A stretch of DNA of 64,000 nt. It comes from an uncultured Lachnospiraceae bacterium. Lineage in GTDB: Bacteria; Bacillota; Clostridia; Lachnospirales; Lachnospiraceae. The DNA lies in the NCBI GenBank assembly GCA_964650965.1, contig CAZYYO010000004.1:6221-70220 (forward strand). The letters run 5' to 3'. Shown in pieces: positions 59,316-64,000 of the stretch (the stretch's first letter is position 1; the number at the start of each line of letters is the position of its first letter). The position numbers were made by a program, and so were the translations under genes. The notes under the pieces are model-generated. The model was not told the origin of the DNA. It was given only the letters and a program-made list of their open reading frames with translations, and searched no databases.

Positions 59316-59406
59316 TGATTCCTCGTTTTAAATTCATTTTACTTTTCCACTCATTGTACCATAAATATCTCCTCTTGCGTATAGCTTCCTTCATAGACGC
59401 ACAAAA

Positions 59407-59427
59407 GCCCAGGTGCAATACCTGGGC
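59407..59427 (-). terminator. intrinsic terminator after ilvC
   Basis: GCCCAGGT-5 nt-ACCTGGGC, followed by TTTTGTG on the minus strand. Confidence 0.7.
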
Positions 59428-59472
59428 TCTATCATCTATCCTATGTGCTCTTTATAACAACCGCATTTCTGC

Positions 59473-60504
<1,032 letters not shown>

Positions 60505-60521
60505 CTAATCCTCCTAATAAA

Positions 60522-60590
60522 ATAATAGTTGTATGACTTCTTCAACAACTTGTCATACAACTATTATAGCCCGGGATTGCAATTTGTCAA
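60522..60590 (-). promoter_or_regulatory. ilvC promoter overlapped by a 16-bp perfect inverted repeat
   Basis: The minus strand reads TTGACA (60590-60585), a 16-nt spacer, and TATAAT (60568-60563). Inverted repeat ATAATAGTTGTATGAC (60522-60537) / GTCATACAACTATTAT (60552-60567). Confidence 0.55.
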
Positions 60591-60634
60591 TCCCTAATTT
60601 ATTTATTTTAGCCATTTCTGTATTTTATCCGTTC

Positions 60635-61336
60635 CTAGTGCTCCTCCCAGGGTAGCTCCTCGTGCCAGATAGCATGGTGCAAATGTATGGTAATGGCGCT
60701 CTTAATGGCTTCTGCATCCCGTCGCTCCAGACACTTCATAATCATAATGTGATCCTTATAGGCGTCCTCTGCAATCATATCCAGATTATAATCCAGAGAT
60801 AAGGTTCGCTCTATCGTTTCTGTTACCGTAGGCATAAATTGACTGAGGAAATCATTATGGGATGCCTGAATAATTGCTGTATGAAAGGCATTCTCTGAAT
60901 GAATTCGCAGCTCTCCCTTGGGATTTACCTTCAGCTGATGCTGACATTCCTCTCCCAGCTTCATAATCTGAGCAATTTCTTCATCACTGGCTCTTCGACA
61001 TGCCAGTGCTGCCGCCTCCGGCTCGAAAATCATACGGGCTTCATACAAATCTCTTAAGGTAATTTTCATTTGAGAAAAATCATGAAGATCAATGGGTCCT
61101 CTTGCGTATTGCTGCATATGTTCTGTGACAAAGGTTCCCGTTCCTCTCTTAACCGTTAGAATTCCTTCTGCTGTTAAGATACGAATCGCCTCTCTCAGGG
61201 TCGTTCTGCTGATTCCCAGCTGTTCTGACAATTCATTTTCGTTGGGAAGTTTCTCCCCAAATCCATATTTCTTCTCTTCTAAAATACATTTCTTTAATGC
61301 GTCCGCTGTTCGCTGAGACAGGTTTTCTTTTCCCAT
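60635..61336 (-). CDS. GntR-family (FadR/FCD-type) transcriptional regulator
   Basis: LPNENELSEQLGISRTTLREAIRILTAEG wHTH plus a helical FCD-like C-terminal domain. Confidence 0.87.
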   Translation of the reverse strand: MGKENLSQRTADALKKCILEEKKYGFGEKLPNENELSEQLGISRTTLREAIRILTAEGILTVKRGTGTFVTEHMQQYARGPIDLHDFSQMKITLRDLYEARMIFEPEAAALACRRASDEEIAQIMKLGEECQHQLKVNPKGELRIHSENAFHTAIIQASHNDFLSQFMPTVTETIERTLSLDYNLDMIAEDAYKDHIMIMKCLERRDAEAIKSAITIHLHHAIWHEELPWEEH

Positions 61337-61360
61337 ATTCTTCTCATCCTTATATTAATA

Positions 61361-61402
61361 AACAGGACAAATACCCAGAAGTGGATATCTGTCCTGCTTT
61401 TT
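61361..61402. terminator. terminator between the DUF4097 gene and the GntR gene
   Basis: CAGGACAaATAcCCA-gaag-TGGaTATcTGTCCTG hairpin with T-rich flanks on both strands. Confidence 0.6.
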
Positions 61403-61455
61403 CTGGTAAATATGTCTTATAGTGTACTACATTTTCCAGAACTGTCAAAAGGTTT

Positions 61456-62241
61456 TTAAGAAATGGGATATTTCACTTCAATATCACCGGTACTGTTATT
61501 CACGGTTACATCTCCCGCTCCCGTTCCTGCATTCTCATAATCATCATCATAATCCTGACCATTTATTTCTATCTCTCCCACGCTGGTGGATAAGTCCATA
61601 CGATAGCCTGCAAGACTTGTTGTGGTACTGATCTCCACATCTCCTACCGAAGCATTAATTTTCAAATTGGTAAAGGTAACCTGGTCTAAGCTTATATCAC
61701 CAGTAGACATGGAAAAATCTGCATCTCCCATATTGGCATTATCAATATCAACATCTCCTACATCTGCATCCATGGTAGTAGACGTTGCTTTGATCCCGTT
61801 GATTTTCACATCTCCAACATCTACCTGCATATTTAAATTATCCAGCTGCGTGTCCTTAGGCAATGTTATTGTCATTTCACACTTGGCATTGTCTAGGGAA
61901 AAGAGATTCCAATTGGTACTAGAGGACTGTTTTACATATAACGTATCATCCTTTACCTGATACTGTGGAATATATCTCTTATCACAATCATAGGCAATTG
62001 TATATTGGTCTCCATATACAATGGTAACATCCAGTACATTGACATCCAAATCAATATTGGTAAATGCTTCCAGCTCCTGGGCATTTGCATCTGTTCCCAA
62101 TTCCTGGTCATCTGTACTGCCAGAATAAGAGTCCCAATGGAACCAGTTAGATCCCAGCTTTCCAATAATACGAAGGCAACCGACAATCATACAAATGATG
62201 GTAATTACCGACAAAACGGTTAAATATATATTTTTCTTCAT
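61456..62241 (-). CDS. DUF4097-type beta-helix protein (putative adhesin-like), membrane anchored
   Basis: N-terminal TM helix and repeated GD(V/I)x(I/V) beta-solenoid-like repeats. Third gene of the PadR operon. Confidence 0.65.
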   Translation of the reverse strand: MKKNIYLTVLSVITIICMIVGCLRIIGKLGSNWFHWDSYSGSTDDQELGTDANAQELEAFTNIDLDVNVLDVTIVYGDQYTIAYDCDKRYIPQYQVKDDTLYVKQSSSTNWNLFSLDNAKCEMTITLPKDTQLDNLNMQVDVGDVKINGIKATSTTMDADVGDVDIDNANMGDADFSMSTGDISLDQVTFTNLKINASVGDVEISTTTSLAGYRMDLSTSVGEIEINGQDYDDDYENAGTGAGDVTVNNSTGDIEVKYPIS

Positions 62242-62250
62242 ATTGTCCTC

Positions 62251-63249
62251 CTATTGATTCCCAAAAATATTTTTTAACAGGGTATGAATCACTCCTGAAA
62301 TCGGCCAGATAATCCAGGTAATATGCCAGTCAAAGCTTAAGAAGCTCCAGCATAGATAAATGCAGGTAATGGTAGGCCAATATACTGATATGATTACTTC
62401 TGCCGTTTTATTATTATAATGGGTCTGTTCCTTCTGGGATGGCACAAAATCTCCCCCCATGGTTCCACTACCATTTATAGATAACAGCTTCTGGTATCCG
62501 CTCATCTTAATATTGGCCGCAACTAGCATATATACACCAATTGCTACGATAATAAGCAAGGATAAGCCTCCGATAGCCTCCATAAAATTTCCGGCAAATC
62601 CCAGGCTGTCTACGACGACTGCCGGGATAAAACATACAACACATAACATAATACCTACGGTAGTAAGAACTGCATACAGAGTACGATAATTTTCTCTCTG
62701 ATTATGAACAAATTCTGCAGAGGCAAAATCGATGGCGCAGGCCTGTTCCTTTAAGAAATTCCACTTTCCGATTTGCATCCCCGAGAACACGAACAGTCCT
62801 ACTGCAATAGCGATGGTTACAAACATCAGTACAATTCCTATGGCATCTCCTCCACGTGCAAGACTGTCATTCATTTGAAACAGTCCATCCATCCAAATGG
62901 GAAATATGGGACTGATAATGCAAAGCAGCACACCCAAGGCGATTCTTACTGCATAATGGTTATTATCGCTGATGGCATCCTTAACTTCCTGAAAGGACAG
63001 CTTTCTTACATTATATCCTGCATCTCGCTTCATATAGCCTCCAATGCCCAGCTCGTCTGCCAGCTCATCTAGATTTCCAAATTCTGCGATGATAGTTCCT
63101 ACCGCTTCATTCTCACTCTTTCCACTATTTCGAAGCTCTGTGTATTTATCCTCCATCATTTGTCCCAGCTCATATTTTGCCTTTTGCACCTCCTGGGTAT
63201 TGGGAAGATTCTGAAACATACTCTCCAAATAATTTCTAATTGCATCCAT
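62251..63249 (-). CDS. membrane protein with N-terminal DUF1700-like helical domain
   Basis: The cytoplasmic N-terminus (IRNYLESMFQNLPNTQEV...EAVGTIIAEFGNLDELA) resembles the sensor partners commonly encoded after PadR genes. It is followed by about 6 TM helices. Confidence 0.55.
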   Translation of the reverse strand: MDAIRNYLESMFQNLPNTQEVQKAKYELGQMMEDKYTELRNSGKSENEAVGTIIAEFGNLDELADELGIGGYMKRDAGYNVRKLSFQEVKDAISDNNHYAVRIALGVLLCIISPIFPIWMDGLFQMNDSLARGGDAIGIVLMFVTIAIAVGLFVFSGMQIGKWNFLKEQACAIDFASAEFVHNQRENYRTLYAVLTTVGIMLCVVCFIPAVVVDSLGFAGNFMEAIGGLSLLIIVAIGVYMLVAANIKMSGYQKLLSINGSGTMGGDFVPSQKEQTHYNNKTAEVIISVYWPTITCIYLCWSFLSFDWHITWIIWPISGVIHTLLKNIFGNQ

Positions 63250-63250
63250 T

Positions 63251-63598
63251 TTATTTTTCCTCCTGTCTTACATCAATAAATCGGCCAACTACTTCGTTGG
63301 TCAAATGCCATTCTTCACATTTTAGCTTGTAATATTCTCTTCCTTCTTCTGTAATCCGATAATAGGTTCTGCGTTTTCCTGCAGATAAGTCTTCATCATA
63401 AAAGGATTGGATATAGCCGTTCTTCTCCATTCTGGTAAATGCAGAATACAGCGTTGTCTCCTTTATGACATATTTCTCGTCAGACATGGTCTTAATCTGT
63501 TTGGATATCTCATACCCGTAGGATGGACTGTCTAACAGCAGGAAAAGTATCATGGTGTCATTGTATCCGCGGATTACATCACTGCTGATACTGGTCAT
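63251..63598 (-). CDS. PadR-family transcriptional regulator
   Basis: ILFLLLDSPSYGYEISKQI...YSAFTRMEKNGYI...RRTYYRITEEG winged-helix pattern. Confidence 0.87.
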   Translation of the reverse strand: MTSISSDVIRGYNDTMILFLLLDSPSYGYEISKQIKTMSDEKYVIKETTLYSAFTRMEKNGYIQSFYDEDLSAGKRRTYYRITEEGREYYKLKCEEWHLTNEVVGRFIDVRQEEK

Positions 63599-63743
63599 AT
63601 CATTTACCTCTTTTCCGTGGGCATCGGTGTGATGCTTTTTTACTGGGTCAGACGTAGTATGTCTGTCGTTGGTACGTCTGTCGTAGTAAATGTATCATGT
63701 TTCGGGATTGGTGTCAAGGGGGAGTTTTTTGGGAGTGGACGGC

Positions 63744-63975
63744 AGCGGGCTGCACCGCCCCTGGTTTCCTTTGTTGGATTGGGAAATAAGGTATTCTAAG
63801 GATTCCTCGCGGTAGGTGGGGAAGGGGGAGACGCAAGCGGCTTAAATTCGCCATCCATGGCTCAGTTAAGCCTTTCGCAGACGTCCTGTCTGCGAATTGC
63901 TGGGAGGAGAGAGGAATTCTAAGAATACCTAATTTCCGGCATCAGGCAAAGAAAACCAGGGGTGGTGCAACTCGC
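63744..63975 (+). repeat. long foldback element, copy 2 (74-nt conserved core 63830-63903)
   Basis: Basal arms 63751-63773 / 63947-63969 (21 Watson-Crick pairs, 1 G-T, 1 mismatch). Proximal arms 63789-63808 / 63911-63930. Outer limits are approximate. Confidence 0.8.
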
Positions 63976-64000
63976 TTTCGTTTACTGCAAGAAATACTCG

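Noticed and set aside
59316-59406. A possible antibiotic-responsive leader or attenuator upstream of the ABC-F ATPase, as in ARE ABC-F resistance genes.
   Set aside because: The 5' UTR is only about 35 nt after an extended -10 (TGGTACAAT). It has no terminator/antiterminator pair. The overlapping 22-codon uORF has no convincing RBS.

Overview
Low-GC Firmicutes/Clostridia-type chromosomal segment. Gene content points to a flagellated, spore-forming, Lachnospiraceae-like organism, but that taxonomic call is inference only. I support about 61 protein genes, mostly on the minus strand and mostly core functions. These include the c-di-AMP/cell-wall operon comFC-yvyF-2 membrane ORFs-cdaA-cdaR-glmM, and recD2. 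They also include the mreB-flgF-flgG-rod-binding cluster, uvrBA, secA, an asnB-like gene, dipicolinate synthase dpaAB and map. Further along are a CwlO-like NlpC/P60 hydrolase, a SipL/SpoVID-like LysM protein, veg, plsC, ddl-murF, hpf and an amino-acid ABC transporter. The last third carries a glpA-like/oxidoreductase/DUF1667 operon with glpP, a cation/proton antiporter, murI, tcdA, an alanine/cation symporter, an ABC-F ATPase, ilvC, and GntR and PadR regulons. I saw no rRNA, tRNA, CRISPR array, transposase or prophage genes. The unusual material is non-coding. (1) A ~230-nt long-foldback element occurs twice (49856-50088 and ~63744-63975), with a near-identical 74-nt three-way-junction core, compensatory substitutions and unrelated but still pairing basal stems; I cannot assign it to a known RNA or mobile-element family. 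(2) A compact type I toxin-antitoxin-like cassette (44973-45304) encodes a 28-aa holin-like peptide in an mRNA whose ends pair, with a convergent antisense promoter/terminator unit beside a WYL regulator. (3) An orphan strong-promoter-to-terminator unit of ~420 nt has no long ORF (28038-28489). (4) A small UUCG-hairpin/C-rich/terminator sRNA candidate sits upstream of mreB. All start-codon refinements, promoters, terminators and folds are by-eye calls from the sequence. No database searches or folding programs were run.
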